A stretch of 60,433 nucleotides of DNA, the filler included, from Phoronis australis (lineage: Eukaryota; Animalia; Phoronida), in the NCBI GenBank assembly GCA_002633005.1. It is 4 parts of 4 records of this genome, joined end to end, with 100 filler letters (N's around TTAATTAATTAA, not from the genome) between each part and the next. Parts side by side here need not be neighbours in the genome. Positions count along the whole stretch, not along the records: positions 1 to 13,886 come from NMRA01000904.1; 3 more parts are not named here. One strand, given 5' to 3'. This document shows, in pieces, positions 1 to 12,537 of the stretch; position 1 is the stretch's first letter; every line of letters begins with the position of its first letter. The notes beneath the pieces were generated by a model. That model searched no databases. It was not told the DNA's origin and was given only the letters and a program-made list of their open reading frames with translations. A program made the translations under genes and the position numbers.

Positions 1-1789
1 TCACAAAAATATACCTAATTTTCTCAAGTTCGTTACAAAAACTTATGAATACTATAATGCTGAAAAATTAAATGCACATAAAAACTTTGTACATGACAGC
101 TTCTCTGCAAAATGGGAAAAATTTATTGTTCATGTTAAGTTCATGTAGAAGATTTTTACTTTAAACGAGATATGAGAATGGTCTTCCTGAGGTGTGCATG
201 CGTGAATGAATGGTGTACTTATTTGTTTGCTTGTTTTTGTAATTGTATTGTAAAGGATAATAAATACATAAAAAAAACTCTTACAGGTGACAAGAAATAG
301 CCTAAAATACGTATGTTATCCATCAATATTCCATACCAGTTATTTCCTGAAGTGTTGGTGTTCAGAAATATTAGCCAAGGTCGCAATATCACTTACGGGA
401 CATGTTGTGTCATTTACGAGACGTTTTTAAATTCAACTCAGGATTTTTAGTCATCACGTTACCGGATATTGGCTACCAGTTGTTGAATGATCGATAGTCT
501 CTAATGAAGATGAAGACAAGTGCAAACACCACGGCACCTGTTTTATTAAACACCGTTATAAACAAACGACCAGTTTTAAAAAGCAAAAAAATTAATTCAA
601 AAGTTTAATATTATATGTCCATGAAAAATACATAAGAAATTAGAAAATACTAAGAGATGTTTTTCTCGGTTTCACCAAGCATGCTGATTGATAAAATTGC
701 ACAATGAGATTGTTTGTTGTCAATGATAACAAACTAGAGCAAAAATTGACCCCATGAACGCGTTTTTCAGTTTTCAAATAAATTATCCTGTTGCTCTAAT
801 AAAACAACAAAATAACTCTATAATTGCACTTGCTGAGCTGAAGAAAATGTTCAAAACTTATCATTCATACGTTAAACTAAGAAAAAATATTACGTTAGCT
901 CCATGTGAAGATACTTGAATATCGAGTGTCTCAGGTGTCGAATAGTCGCGATTCATTGAGAATGCCTCATATGCGCAAAGCGGCTGGCAGAGGACAAGAG
1001 TGGTTGCATCGCCGAAAATTTTTCGTAACGATTTTTAAAAGGTAAATTATCCATGCATCCTAAACTCTACGCTGGCTGATCAATTTTTTTTCTCTTTGAT
1101 TGCTTATTTTGGCAAGTACTCATAAACACGTCACTGATGTCCGTCAACAAAGGACACTGACACACATGCGTGCACGTACGCACATGTGAACGCACGTACG
1201 CACATGTGAACGCACGTACACACACACATAATTCCATGAAAACAAACGTAAAACTTTAAAAACCACTTGTCTTGGAGTGTCTGAGGTAACAAGTGCCTAT
1301 TGCGGGTGTTTTTTAAACAGTTACAGGTAAAGTATTTTTCATTTTCACAATCATATAAGTCAAACAGACTGTAACCTGGCAATGTTTCGCAAGGTATCTT
1401 CCTTATATGGTTTCGCATGTCAGTTTTACTTGCTACATTACAAATTGCTCGGCATGGATGTTTTAGATTGAGCTTAATCGCTACGCAATCCCTCAAAGTT
1501 TTGCTTAAAAAGTCACGGCATAGGCCAAGGGTATACGCATTTGGGCATATTGGTGCAGTTAGGGATTATACATGTACGCTTTGACAATCCGAAGACTGTT
1601 TTGCATTGATCATTAACTACTTGTAAGCAGGGAGTCTCACTAGTGGTTTTTAGGCCAAAAGTCACTTACCAACCTCTTGCTTGTTTCCAGACGTCACTAA
1701 AAGCGTAAATAATCAAATTTATATCACAATATTAGCGTCAGATACAACCGTGTAATAACCCATATAGTTATCTCACTAGTGAGATGACA

Positions 1790-1862
1790 TTTTGGCGGGA
1801 AACCGAACCCGGGCCTCAAGAGTTTTGAGTCGCCAACTTTACCACTACACTACTCAGCGCCG
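1790..1862 (-). mobile_element. tRNA-derived SINE head (Pol III A/B boxes)
   Basis: Minus strand reads GCGCTGAGTAGTGTAGTGGTAAAG...GGCCCGGGTTCGGTTTCCCGCC, giving an A-box-like TAGTGTAGTGG and a B-box-like GGTTCG at tRNA spacing. The acceptor stem does not pair, so it is not a functional tRNA. Confidence 0.5.
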
Positions 1863-2090
1863 CCGGGCTGGCGTCATCGAACGTGAAAATAGAATACTTA
1901 AATGAGCACGCGCAACAATCGCATGTTCAGCAAAGCGCATTGCACCGACATTTATACGCTATGAAAAATGAGACGTATAATTTCCATTGAAATTTTTCTC
2001 GTGTTCTCTCACTTGTAAATCATCGATCTCCAATTTGAATGCGGGTATCGTGTCATCGGGATCCTTTGACTTGAGCATTATAGTCAGTTA

Positions 2091-2366
2091 CTAGTGGTAA
2101 CCTACTTTAGTAGACGATACTTTCCGGATCGAAACTTAGCGTGATAAAATGTGTAGTAAGCTATAATAGTTGCTAAACCTTAATTTAGAGATTCATTTTA
2201 TTTCTATTTTGTTTAAATTTTCAATTGGTTTTGAGTATAAGCATTATTTGACAAAAATAGCTCGGCTTTTCTTAAAAGGTCACGACCTCCGACCCCCGGT
2301 CGGGCCTTTGACATAGAAATTAGTTACAAAGCAGAGGTGAGTCGAGAAAGGTAGATCGATTCATTG
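2091..2366 (+). repeat. Dispersed repeat, with an inverted diverged copy at ~25708-25980
   Basis: Blocks such as tttatttctattttgtttaaattttca and aaaggtagatcgat appear reverse-complemented, in collinear order, at 25708-25980. Confidence 0.7.
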
Positions 2367-2415
2367 CAAAGTTTCTCGTTCAGTATGTGGTATAAAAAGA
2401 TTGTTACATGTTCTC

Positions 2416-2557
2416 AGTCATTACCCCCCGTTATCTAGAACCCTCGTAGATTTTGGAGAATTATCACCCTCGGGGCTAAAGCCCCTCGGGGCTAACGCCC
2501 CTCGGGCGATAATTCTCCAAAATCCACTCGGGCTCTAGATAACGGGGGATAATGACT
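2416..2557. mobile_element. Palindromic (foldback) miniature element
   Basis: Roughly 60-bp imperfect inverted arms: agtcatta..cccgttatctaga..attttggagaattatc / gataattctccaaaat..tctagataacggg..taatgact, around a central gcccctcggggc repeat. Confidence 0.75.
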
Positions 2558-2794
2558 TCGCCATATATTAATGTATCTGTAAGAAACGATGTACTCTGTA
2601 AGTATTTTCAACACATTAAAGATATTCTGAGGATTGTTTGTGGGATGCGACGATCCAAACAATTAGCTCATCATGATGGAAAAATGTGATTATTACCTTA
2701 CAATGTTGCCTTTTACATAATTTCAAATGTCAGACATTTGATTTCATTTTCTGACTATCATAAAAGCCTTGTTTGACATCAGGCTAGTATGGAC

Positions 2795-3208
2795 GGTTGC
2801 ATGAAACAGTCCCGAAATTGGGACTCTGCTACGTTGCCCGAGTGTTTTTACCTATTTGTGTCTCCATGGACTCACAGATGCAATATCTGTCTTTCACTTC
2901 ATATTTATTGTGAGCTCCTCTTTGATTAATGGCATTTTCTAATAATATAAATAACAACTGACCCAAAGTTCCTTGAAAATGAATAGGGACTCAGTCCTTA
3001 AAGTGAGGGTGTTGCATGAAAAGATCCCTTTTTATTTTCGATAATATTGAAAATTCAACGTAGAGTTTACTCTCGATTTATATCAAAGTCTTTTTATTGA
3101 AACTAAAACAATACTAGAAAAAACTATCAATGTTTTCTCAGGTCTAAAAATAGGCTGAAGATTTAGAGAGATTAGTTGAGTCCCTAATTGGGACTGTTCC
3201 ATGCAACC
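2795..3208. mobile_element. MITE with ~31-bp terminal inverted repeats
   Basis: Left GGTTGCATGAAACAGTCCCGAAATTGGGACTC, right GAGTCCCTAATTGGGACTGTTCCATGCAACC. AC flanks both ends (possible 2-bp TSD). Non-coding interior. Confidence 0.75.
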
Positions 3209-6200
3209 ACGCACTGGAGGACTCCTTTTTACATGTAAGTAGAACTGAGGTGAAAATGCAGCTCATAGCACCCATGCGTAACTTCTGGCTCGACAACCGC
3301 TTCATTTTTACTTTGGTGGCCATAACGACCCACCAGAATATTAAGGCTCAATTTAAACCAACACCGTACATTTTAAGGTTATTGTATTTGAGTTGTTCAT
3401 GCCAGAGACGGAAGACTGTGATTAAGTCGCTGGACTTACGGTTTTGAGGAAGCGTTCTTAGTTTATTTTGAAAACTATTGTAGTTTTCTTTGATCTGTGA
3501 TTCCAAAAATACAATAACTGGACAAAAGAACCATGAGAACGTTGCACGATTTCAAACAGCCACCTTTGAACTATTGAGACAGCTGACACAATATAACGGT
3601 GTTTGCTAACGGAGAGTACTGATGACGAAGCATGTGGTTTTGCTGAGTTGTCCATCGGATATTCACATGTATACGCCAGGATAGGAAAAACCGTTCTTCC
3701 TACATGTCACTGGAGTGCTCCAGTTTTATTCAATTCACGCGTTTCACTTCTTTTCTCATACATGTATGTCAAAGCTGCACCCATAATAACTATTTTTTTC
3801 TCGCCAGCCGCATCATGTTCTTAGTTGCAGTGGACAGTTGCGTTTGTCCCAACCACGTGGCACGTCCCTTTAGCCTGCCAAGCAAACCGTGCTCTTGTCA
3901 GATGCAAAAAGAAAATGCAGTTGTTGAGAAATTATCAGCAGTTCGTAAGAAACAGATGTGTAAATAATAAATTTTAATGAGATTAACGGCTTAGAACGAG
4001 AGGGACAAAGGCTGCTTACCCCGCACGCGTAAACATTTGCCATCAGTTTAACGAGTTAAGCGGTGATTCACATAAAATCAAGTCCCATTAGCAGTTGATG
4101 TTACTTACACAAACAATGGCAAAAAGATATCACGATCGAAAAAACGCCGTTTGTTGCGGACAAATACATGTTCTACTGTGTCCACCACAACGGAAATCTG
4201 AAAATAGAAACATAACGACAATTAAACTTTAACCTTTTACGGTCGGCAGAAGCAAATTGACTGGTGGGAATTTACTTTCTTCACAACAGACACAATATTT
4301 CTAGTCACCGCGCGACAGTATACCACATAGCATGAAGTACCTAACTATAGGTTCTTAAACGAGTTACTTTCCCAACACAATCGAATTCCTTCTTTAACTC
4401 TCACAAAACTGGTCTCGTGACATTCCCTCTAAGCTTGATATTTTCGTTTTCAATTGTTGCAACTATGTCGAAGTTATCAGGGACTCGAGGAAACGTGTCA
4501 ACGTGCATTGGAGTTGCCCAACCTTAAAAATGTGAACACAGCAATGACTCATACACGCATTGCCTATGACTTCTGTTGATAACGGAACTAAAATCATATC
4601 ATAACGATATTACAGGAAAAACATATGATCAAGGGCCTGAGCTTGAAGTGCCATGCTAAACTACGAGACATGGGCATTGTTCCTCGCAAACGTAACCTCA
4701 CCAATACTGGTGAAGACAGACCTACATGTAAGTTAACTGCTGGGATCTCACATGTTCGTAAAGTGTCCGAAGAGCTACGTCGACGCTTTTTCAATCGAAT
4801 TAACACTCTTCGTGGTCTGCTAGTTAAACCTCATAAGAAAGAAAAACAAAGTGAAAAAGAGACATGCATATCTATCGATATCTATGAGACGAGCTTGCGC
4901 CCTAGTTTCCTTGGGATAGTTTTAGAGAAATAGCAACCACATGACATAACCAATTCTCAGGTTTTAATCAGACCTGAAGGGACATAGGAGGCTCACCGAT
5001 TGGTGATATGGACATAAACCAAAAATTTTTGTTCGGTTGGTCAAAACTGACTAAATCAAATTCTCTTGACATTTTTTGAAAACACAAACAGTCTTACCGG
5101 TTATATTTCGCCTCCGCTTTCCTTTTTCTAACAATAACTAATCAAATCCTTTGCCCTCTTGCATTCGTAAATTTTTACCTAATGACGTCATTAAATGACC
5201 CGAATGTTAGCCAATGAGTCCAGTGAATGCGTTCACCGGTAGGTTAGAAACTGTAAATGGCGGAGTAACCACAGGCGCTTGAGTTTACCTTTCCTCGATC
5301 ACGACTAACGTCACTCACTACCATGAAAACATAAAGGCTGGACACTCGAAACCTGTTTGCTCTGAATTTTTTGCTCAAACGTGCATGGAACTCCGCGAAA
5401 CTAGCATCGGACAAATCTTTGAATACCTTCTTTTACTCATCACTTCAAATTGCCTTCGAGTGCTGATTTGACGACAAAATGACGAATAAAAGCCAAAATC
5501 ACAAATTCAAGGACCTTATTTCGTGACGTAAGTCATTCATGGCAGACGACTTTCGAGCATCCGGGTTTTTGGCGGACGCTCCCGAAGCAATGATTCCCGA
5601 GCTCTGTTTTCGCGCGCCCACGAACGTTATTTGAGTGCCCTACACATAATGTAGCATAGGCAGATTTAGGAGGGGGTCTTGGCTGCTGCAAAAAAAAAAC
5701 AAAACAGCAAGAGCGTAGGTTGAGTGTATTGATTAACCCCGGTAATTAAAATTATACGGATGAAACAAGATTTAAATGTGTGCAGTTTTAGTATTTGGGG
5801 GGGCTCAGATCCAATTTCAAGTGTCAAATTTGGAACACAGCGCATTCGTAACCGAACTATGACTAAGTATAGGCTCTCCCGCGATTTCCGTGCATTGATG
5901 CTCGCGTACTTTTTCTTAAGATAAAAATTGTTCACGCGATCGCAATTTCGAAGTGTGCAGGTTAATATTTGATGTGTAATAATAGTGTGATAAGCGCGAC
6001 TTAATTTTACACTTTCAATGTATGTAATTCCATCCCTGTTTAAGGGTTGGTTTACCCGCTCTCACGTGACCCTGATCTTATACCTGCACAAATATAAAAA
6101 ATGAATTAAGCCTCCTGACTAATAGAGAAATTGAACAAATTCTAACAAGTAATTCACGAGTTATATTTGCGTGCAATTTATGTTAATGAGGACTTAATAA

Positions 6201-7790
6201 TTCACGATAATCAGAGTTAGGGAGACAATTTCAATGTACGGACGACCAGCCTTGCTCAAGGTTGGTGTACTGGCTAGCACAGTGGAGCTATATGATTGCT
6301 TAATGCGGTAAACAAGTTTTTGAAATAAATCATATCCATGCTTACCGGTCAGCAGAGTGGTCTTGATGTTTCGTTTGTTTCCTTGTTTCTGGAAATGTCG
6401 GCGTCTCTCGTGTCACGCAGAGAGACACGCATGACAGACAAGGACTTGCACAAAGGATTTGTGAATTGGAAAGTAAGTCAACATTAACATAACGCAGGGA
6501 TTTAAAGAATATATTCAAAAGTGAAATCGAGCGTTTGGACGAGAAGTATTAAGATAATTTCCAGACCACAAATTTAGCAGCAGAATAATTATGTCACTGC
6601 AATGTTTTGCACTTGTAACTAATTCAGTTCACTAAAAAGTAATACAGGTTGGATCATATTAATTTTCTGACAGATTTCATTTAGCCATTTTTTTCCCACA
6701 GCACTGCAAAGCTGTAATATAAACTAAGCGTGCCCTCTGACTAATTTTGTTCAGCCACTCCTTGACATGCCGCACATGACCACCTTCTGTTTACAGCTAG
6801 ACACCCGGCCTTGGCGGCTGTTGAGTGATTGAAGTATTTGACACAAAAAGATCAATGTTCTGTCCAATGATAACAGAAACCTATTCCAAACGTAAACAGC
6901 AGACGATTGTGATAACACTTATTCTGAATTAATGTTCGATTCAAGATTGAAGAGAAGGTTCAGTTCCCATGGACCTACAGTATCATAACACATAAACTTT
7001 AAATTTATTACAAGAGCATTTAGGAAAATATGAAAGCTATTGGATATTCATTAATTCTACCAAGGGCATAATCAAATAGGGCTGCAAAACTTTGGGGTCG
7101 GAGTTACAAATGTAACGGCTATGGCGATCCGACTTCTGAATTTTACAGGTTAACGCTTTTTATCCATACTTGCAGAAACTTCAGTAGTCATCAGATTCAC
7201 ACGGCCGTAAAACTTATGCTGTCGTGATGATATTTCGTACCGAAAATCAAGCGCATTTATAATATCACTAACGTGGTGTAATCAACTTAATATGAAAACA
7301 TAAGCATTCTTGAAACTGGACCTACTTATGACCATATTTGTTGCACCTTTCGCTGATCTTCCGTGAGACTACCACGGGACATTTTCGTTGCTAGCTGGTC
7401 GCCTAGAGATCGGTCGTGAGTCTACAATACATGTGTGTACCGTAAATTAGTTGAATAATACTTCCACGGCGGAGGCAGATTTAAACTTAGTGACATTGAA
7501 TTTTCTAATGAGAGGTAAGCAAATAGTAATTTTACTGCTTGGAACTAACTGTTTTGCCAACTTTTGTTTGAGGTCGTAAAAAGCAATCTGCATTGAAAAG
7601 GGCAATGCGGCGCTCTAGTCAGATGCCATTGTCGCTGTCTAGAGAGGCAAAATGAAAAACATGACTAAATTTCTGTGATTGTATTTATTATAACTTTACA
7701 GAATCTGCTTTGTACTAAACCCGTCGATCACCTCTAAGGGTTTCAGCGTATTAGTAAAGACGCGTTTGGCTTTGCGAGCCTGTAGTGCAG

Positions 7791-7836
7791 ATGTTACACT
7801 CGGCATCCCTTACGGGTTTGGTGCTGTCTCAATTCA
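7791..7836 (+). CDS. MAM-protein coding exon 1 (signal-peptide-like)
   Basis: ATG 7791, MLHSASLTGLVLSQF, donor A|GTGAGT (phase 1). Upstream acceptor tttacag at 7701 suggests a 5'UTR part. Confidence 0.55.
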
Positions 7837-10369
7837 GTGAGTGAGTTAACTGCCTATAATTAAGATTATGTCATCGCCAGGTCTGATCACCCTGAAATCA
7901 ATTTTTACCACATAAAATGGTAGACCAGGGTAAAGTTCAGTAGCTGTTTCGCGGCTAGAAAATCTAGCCAAAATCACGTGGTTTCATTGAAAGTACACTG
8001 CAATATCTCTCGTAATCTCGCGAAGTCTTGCTTTTCTAGCAAGGACCTTGCATTTTTGAGCATGCAAGATAAGTCACGATTCCGCGATATAACGCAATGC
8101 ATTAAGCGAAACGCGTGATCTCACGCCGAGCCTTACTGACTAACTTTTTCTTCTACGGAACGCGACACAGGTTAATACAGGTTTCCATGTTTCGGCTAAC
8201 GGCAGCGAGACGACGACTGTTCGTGTGTTTATTTGAAAAACTAACATCAACGCCGCTTGTTTTGTTGTGGAAAAATGCGAGTCTCGTTTGATAGGTAAAC
8301 GTAATCTTTTAGTCCATAGTGAAGTTGAATTCACAAGTGTTCTAATAATGTTTTTGGATCTATTGAATATTCTGTGATCAATAAAGGTGAACGTTTTCTT
8401 GCAAACCTGTCACAATTAGACTTCGTCGTTGCATACCCCTTTGCAAGTATTTACATTTAGGCGTGAACGTTATCAAATCTTAAATAACATACATGTACTT
8501 ATTAACCGCCAAGTCCCTGTCTTTTTACAGTCTTGTTGTGTGATTTGCAAGAACACGGAGGTTGGATAGGTGAGGAACTGTTACGTTTTTAATGGCACGT
8601 AGGCTTATTAGTCAGTGCGCCCTAAGCTCCAAGAGCTTTGGTAAGGTTTCGTGATTGCTTTCACCTGGAAACTGTAATTTGACGTAATTTAACATTCCCC
8701 TATTTAAAGGTGCATACGCACAGCGCGGAATGTGAATATACATGTACCAATAGGTGTCTATTACACCAGCACAGAAGAAACAAGTTTTCAATATACAGTG
8801 GGTGGGTTGGCAGTCGAATTCTTGCTTCAATTGGGATTACTTCAACTACAACTAGAAATAGAAATTGAGGAACATGCCAGTAGTACACGGAAATATACAA
8901 CGAATGCGACTTATACATATGTGTGTTTGGTCAGATTTCGGCTCTTGCGAAAGAGACGGCAGTCCATGCAGCTGGTTTGTGGGGAACAGCAGTGTTTCGT
9001 CGTACATCACTTCTTATCGCAACGAGTCAAGACAGAGGTCAAAAATAAAGGATCGAAAAAATTCAGAAACAGGTAATTTTTGAACGAATATAATACTCAG
9101 ACAAATGAGACACCTCATGAAAGGGCACTACGTGTTTACATAAAACACCCAAGTCACAGTTTGCTACCTCTGTTCGCCGTTACCCACACATGTACGCATA
9201 GTTTCGTGAGGAGGTGAATATGGCCCAGTATTAGTAGTTAGTGCTTTTGAGGAATATGGCCTCTTATGTTTTACATAACAAACAACAAATTGACAAACTG
9301 ACAACCCTGCACTGGCGCATTTTTTTTTGGGGGGGGGGCAAGGGAACCATGGCCCCCTGAGGTTTTTCCATATTCCATTTTGCAGTTCAGGGAGTGTGAA
9401 TGCCTGACGGGCAAAAGTCCTGGTTAATACAGTCTCCTGTCCCCCAACTCAAAATGATGGATCCGCCCATGTCTTGCACCAATGTAATTGTAGTATCAAA
9501 CACAATTACGTTTTTTAGGAGAGTACATTCGACTGCAAGGTTTCAAGGACGTAAAAGAGCACTATGCACAGCTGACAAGTCCTCTTCTGCAAGCTGCAAG
9601 AGGAAGCAAATGCGCGGTAAGAACAAACGTTAAATTCAATAGTTACAGCGGAACAACGAGTATTGGTGCTCGTCTAGAAACAGTCGTCTAAGCGAAATTT
9701 TAATTGTACGAATGACCTGTACATACTTCGGAATGCTGATTTGCAAGTGTATTACATCTTATTACAAAGCAACACAAAAAAAACACGTAACCTGTGATCA
9801 GAATTGAGTGGTAACGGTTTTTTATGAGAACGAACCTAAGTCTCTATACAAGGGCATTTTAATTCTTGGCCGTCTCATTGAACATGGTGTACAAGAATGG
9901 ATAGAAAGAATATTCATGTATCAGCATGCGAGATCACACTCCATTTAGCGAATATTCATGTATCAGCATGCGAGATTACACTCCATTTACCGAATATTCA
10001 TGTATCAGCATGCGAGATTACACTCCATTTACCGAATATTCATGTATCAGCATGCAAGATCACACTCCATTTAGCGAATATTCATGAATCAGCATGCAAG
10101 ATTACACTCCATTTACCGAATATTCATGTATCAGCATGCGAGATTACACTCCATTTACCGAACTAGTTTTGACACATTATTGTGTTATTTTCCAGATTGC
10201 ATTTTATTACCGCATTCATGAAACGAACAGAGACTTTGCTGAACTAAATGTTGTAATTCATGACGATATTCACGGCGAGGAGGCAGTTTTAAAAACATAT
10301 CGAACGACCCATGGAATTTGGGTGTTCAGTGATGAAATCGACATTGGTTACAGATTCGGGTTCTTTCAA
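7791..10369 (+). CDS. Putative secreted/cell-surface MAM-domain protein, spliced, 3'-incomplete: join(7791..7836,8531..8569,8935..9072,9519..9616,10196..10369)
   Basis: Five GT-AG exons join in phase (1,1,1,0,0) to give MLHSASLTGLVLSQFILLCDLQEHGGWIDFGSCERDGSPCSWF...KDRKNSETGEYIRLQGFKDVKEHYAQLTSPLLQAARGSKCAIAFYYRIH...ELNVVI...GIWVFSDEIDIGYRFGFFQ. This has a hydrophobic N-terminus plus MAM hallmarks (DF..C.W, G.Y, A.L.SP, C..FYY, L.V, W, FQ). Confidence 0.72.
8531..8569 (+). CDS. MAM-protein coding exon 2
   Basis: ctttttacag|...|gtgagg, 39 nt. Only the phase 1-1 frame is open (ILLCDLQEHGGWID). Confidence 0.55.
   Translation, partial: SCCVICKNTEVG
8935..9072 (+). CDS. MAM-protein coding exon 3
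   Basis: ggtcag|AT TTC GGC...ACA G|gtaatt; DFGSCERDGSPCSWF...DRKNSETG. Confidence 0.7.
9519..9616 (+). CDS. MAM-protein coding exon 4
   Basis: ttttttag|GA GAG TAC...TGC GCG|gtaaga; GEYIRLQ...YAQLTSPLLQAARGSKCA, containing the MAM A.L.SP..C motif. Confidence 0.75.
9908..10162. repeat. 42-bp minisatellite, 6 copies (intronic)
   Basis: Unit gaatattcatgtatcagcatgcgagattacactccatttacc at 9908, 9950, 9992, 10034, 10076 and 10118. Confidence 0.95.
10196..10369 (+). CDS. MAM-protein coding exon 5
   Basis: ttttccag|ATT GCA TTT TAT TAC...TTT CAA|gtacgt; IAFYYRIH...ELNVVI...W...IGYRFGFFQ. Confidence 0.72.
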
Positions 10370-10799
10370 GTACGTACCGTCTGAGAAGGTTTACTACTCG
10401 TGTCTTCATTCCGCATGGAGACGCGAGATTCTAAAATATTTTACATTTCGAATGGGCGACAGTGTGTATTACTTTCTCTTCTGGTCAAAATGCGACACGC
10501 ATAACGGTAAGTGATTACCATAGTTACAGATGTTGGAATAAATATAATGTTCTTTAAATTGAAACATGCAGTTCGCACGGCATTTCCTATAACTGTATGC
10601 TGTAGGGCCTACCATACCGGGAATGCCCTCCTTACGCTAGTAACTCGGAAATTCCGGGGAGCGCGACATTCTGGGTAGGTTTAGTTGCGCCAGTACATGT
10701 ACCTCACTAAAAAGCCAGCTGTCGCGAAATTACATATTTTGTCGTGAATTTTAAATTAGACCACGTGGTTTGGGCCAGATTTTATCAAAGTCCTTGCAT

Positions 10800-11350
10800 A
10801 GGTGCTTTCATGGCGGCATGTTTTGCGGGGGTGAGTGGCGTTGCAGAACGAACAGGAGTGGAGATAAGGATACTGGGACGGATGTTTGGGGCAGGTGACG
10901 GAGTTGTACAACCAGCAGTAGCCCGGGACTCGGCGGGAGGAAGAGGGTGAAGAGGAGGGGTGTTGAGACCTGAGGGAGGTTTGAACTCTCAGCTTCTGAT
11001 TGATAGTGTGCCAGGGGTTGGGGTAGAGGAACGCAGTTTTCGAAATTGCTGGTCGTAAAACAGGGCATGTTGGAGCCCGAAAGAGGAGATGAAGTGCAGA
11101 ATTGTCTGGGCATACTTACACAAGTGGGGGGACTGGTGAGGGTGGGAAGCGGTGTAGATGGACATATAGATGAGAAATGCGAGGAACCATTCGTTGGATG
11201 TTTGAAGAGATTTGGACTTGGGTGTGGAGGTAATAACCTGTTGGTCGTCCTGGAGAGTGATGGATAGGATGGAGGCAGAGGAGTGAGAGGGGTAGAGCAA
11301 ATGGTAAAAGTCTACACATTGGAAGGGGGCGGACCTTGCGATAGGTCAAT
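10800..11350 (-). mobile_element. Degenerate Ngaro/DIRS-group (tyrosine-recombinase retrotransposon) gag-like ORF1 fragment
   Basis: EWFLAFLIYMSIYTASHP...LCKY...LFYDQQFRKLR, then after a frameshift PWHTINQKL...YCWLYNSVTC...YLHSCSFCNATHPRKTC. The W..AF..Y, YD..FR and C-terminal Cys/His fingers are typical of Ngaro ORF1. Confidence 0.75.
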
Positions 11351-11772
11351 TTCCGGCTGCCTGGTTGACTGAGTTTTGATCAAGAGTTGCTTTATTATGT
11401 TATTGGTCATCAAGCGAGACCCTTGAGGTATGGTTCTACATGTACAGTATGTATACAATAGACGATTTTTCCCCAAATTAGTCATCAAACCCGACAATTA
11501 CACTTGTCATTTTTATAAGCACCAACCTGTGGCCCAGGGTGGATGCCAGAAATGGTTTAACGTCTTACAAATGTATTCTTTCAGGTCCAGTCGTAGAAAA
11601 ACTTTCGACAACCTATCAAACTACATGCCAGGAGGTTTTCAATAAGACATTTTCGGATGTTAAGGTCATTTTACATTATTTTAAAGAAAGAAGTGGTCCA
11701 AATGTAAAGTTTAGGCCCTAAAACAGATGTGTTTACGTAAAGTTCGAAAAATTACTCGTACTTGCTTAGCTG

Positions 11773-11840
11773 AGTGTGCGCGTGCATTGTGTGTGTGTTT
11801 GTGTGTGTGCGCACGCGCGTGCGTGCGTGTGTGTGTGTGT
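11773..11840. repeat. (TG)n/(TGCG)n microsatellite
   Basis: Directly visible dinucleotide run. Confidence 0.85.
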
Positions 11841-12537
11841 AGTATTACTGTTTTCAAATGTTTCTGCTAGCTCGATTTCTGAGAAGTTCGCCACTCATTT
11901 GCAGTATTTACTTATACCCGTGAAATACAATTTCTAAAAAAGAAGAATTTACCTTGTAAAATTACCCAGTCCAGTACATCGTTTGTTAGCAGCGCATAGT
12001 GTATTTGTCAAGTCTCCAACTTTTTTGTATATTTACGCCATCCCGCCACACCATCTAAATATCCCTATTTGATCACACAGCCACATTTACATAGTATCAT
12101 ATGATATTGTAGTTTTCCGCACGACATAGCCATATTTTCCCGCTCGACTAAAAAGAAAATTTGGTACGTTTTTTGGGTTTATGCGGCACCCGCAATTTCA
12201 CATTTAACTATAAAAAACAAAAACAAAAAACGCTGTCAAACATTTTAAGAGTGACTCCATGTAAAAACCAACAGGTAGAGTCTATACCCAAAATCACCGA
12301 TTTTTTTGAAACTTAACACATGAGTTTGGTTTGTTGAGATGTAGAAAAACCTCACTTTTTAAGAATTTCCATTCATTATTTTTCTTTTTATGACCTGTAC
12401 CTCCATTTTGCAACAAAATTGGGCGTCGAAGTAGGCATGTTTGAATGCATTTTACTAGCATGTGTGGTAAGGTCAAAACAAATGAATAATACGAATTGAA
12501 AGCGCAGTGGCTGAATAATTTAATAGCATAACTTTCA

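Noticed and set aside
1790-1862. Functional tRNA gene
   Set aside because: No paired acceptor stem and a degenerate T-loop; better explained as a SINE head.
9400-9633. ORF with GQKSWLIQSP resembling a MAM motif
   Set aside because: Lies in a MITE-like insert (~9310-9471); the true A.L.SP motif is in the 9519-9616 exon in another frame.
9897-10166. 14-aa repeat protein ORF (NIHVSACEITLHLP)n
   Set aside because: It is a minisatellite whose unit is a multiple of 3, lying inside a well-phased intron of the MAM gene.
10428-10506. Candidate sixth MAM exon ending at a strong ACG|GTAAGT donor
   Set aside because: Needs a ~58-nt intron with a poor acceptor and lacks the expected IAIDDI-like strand.
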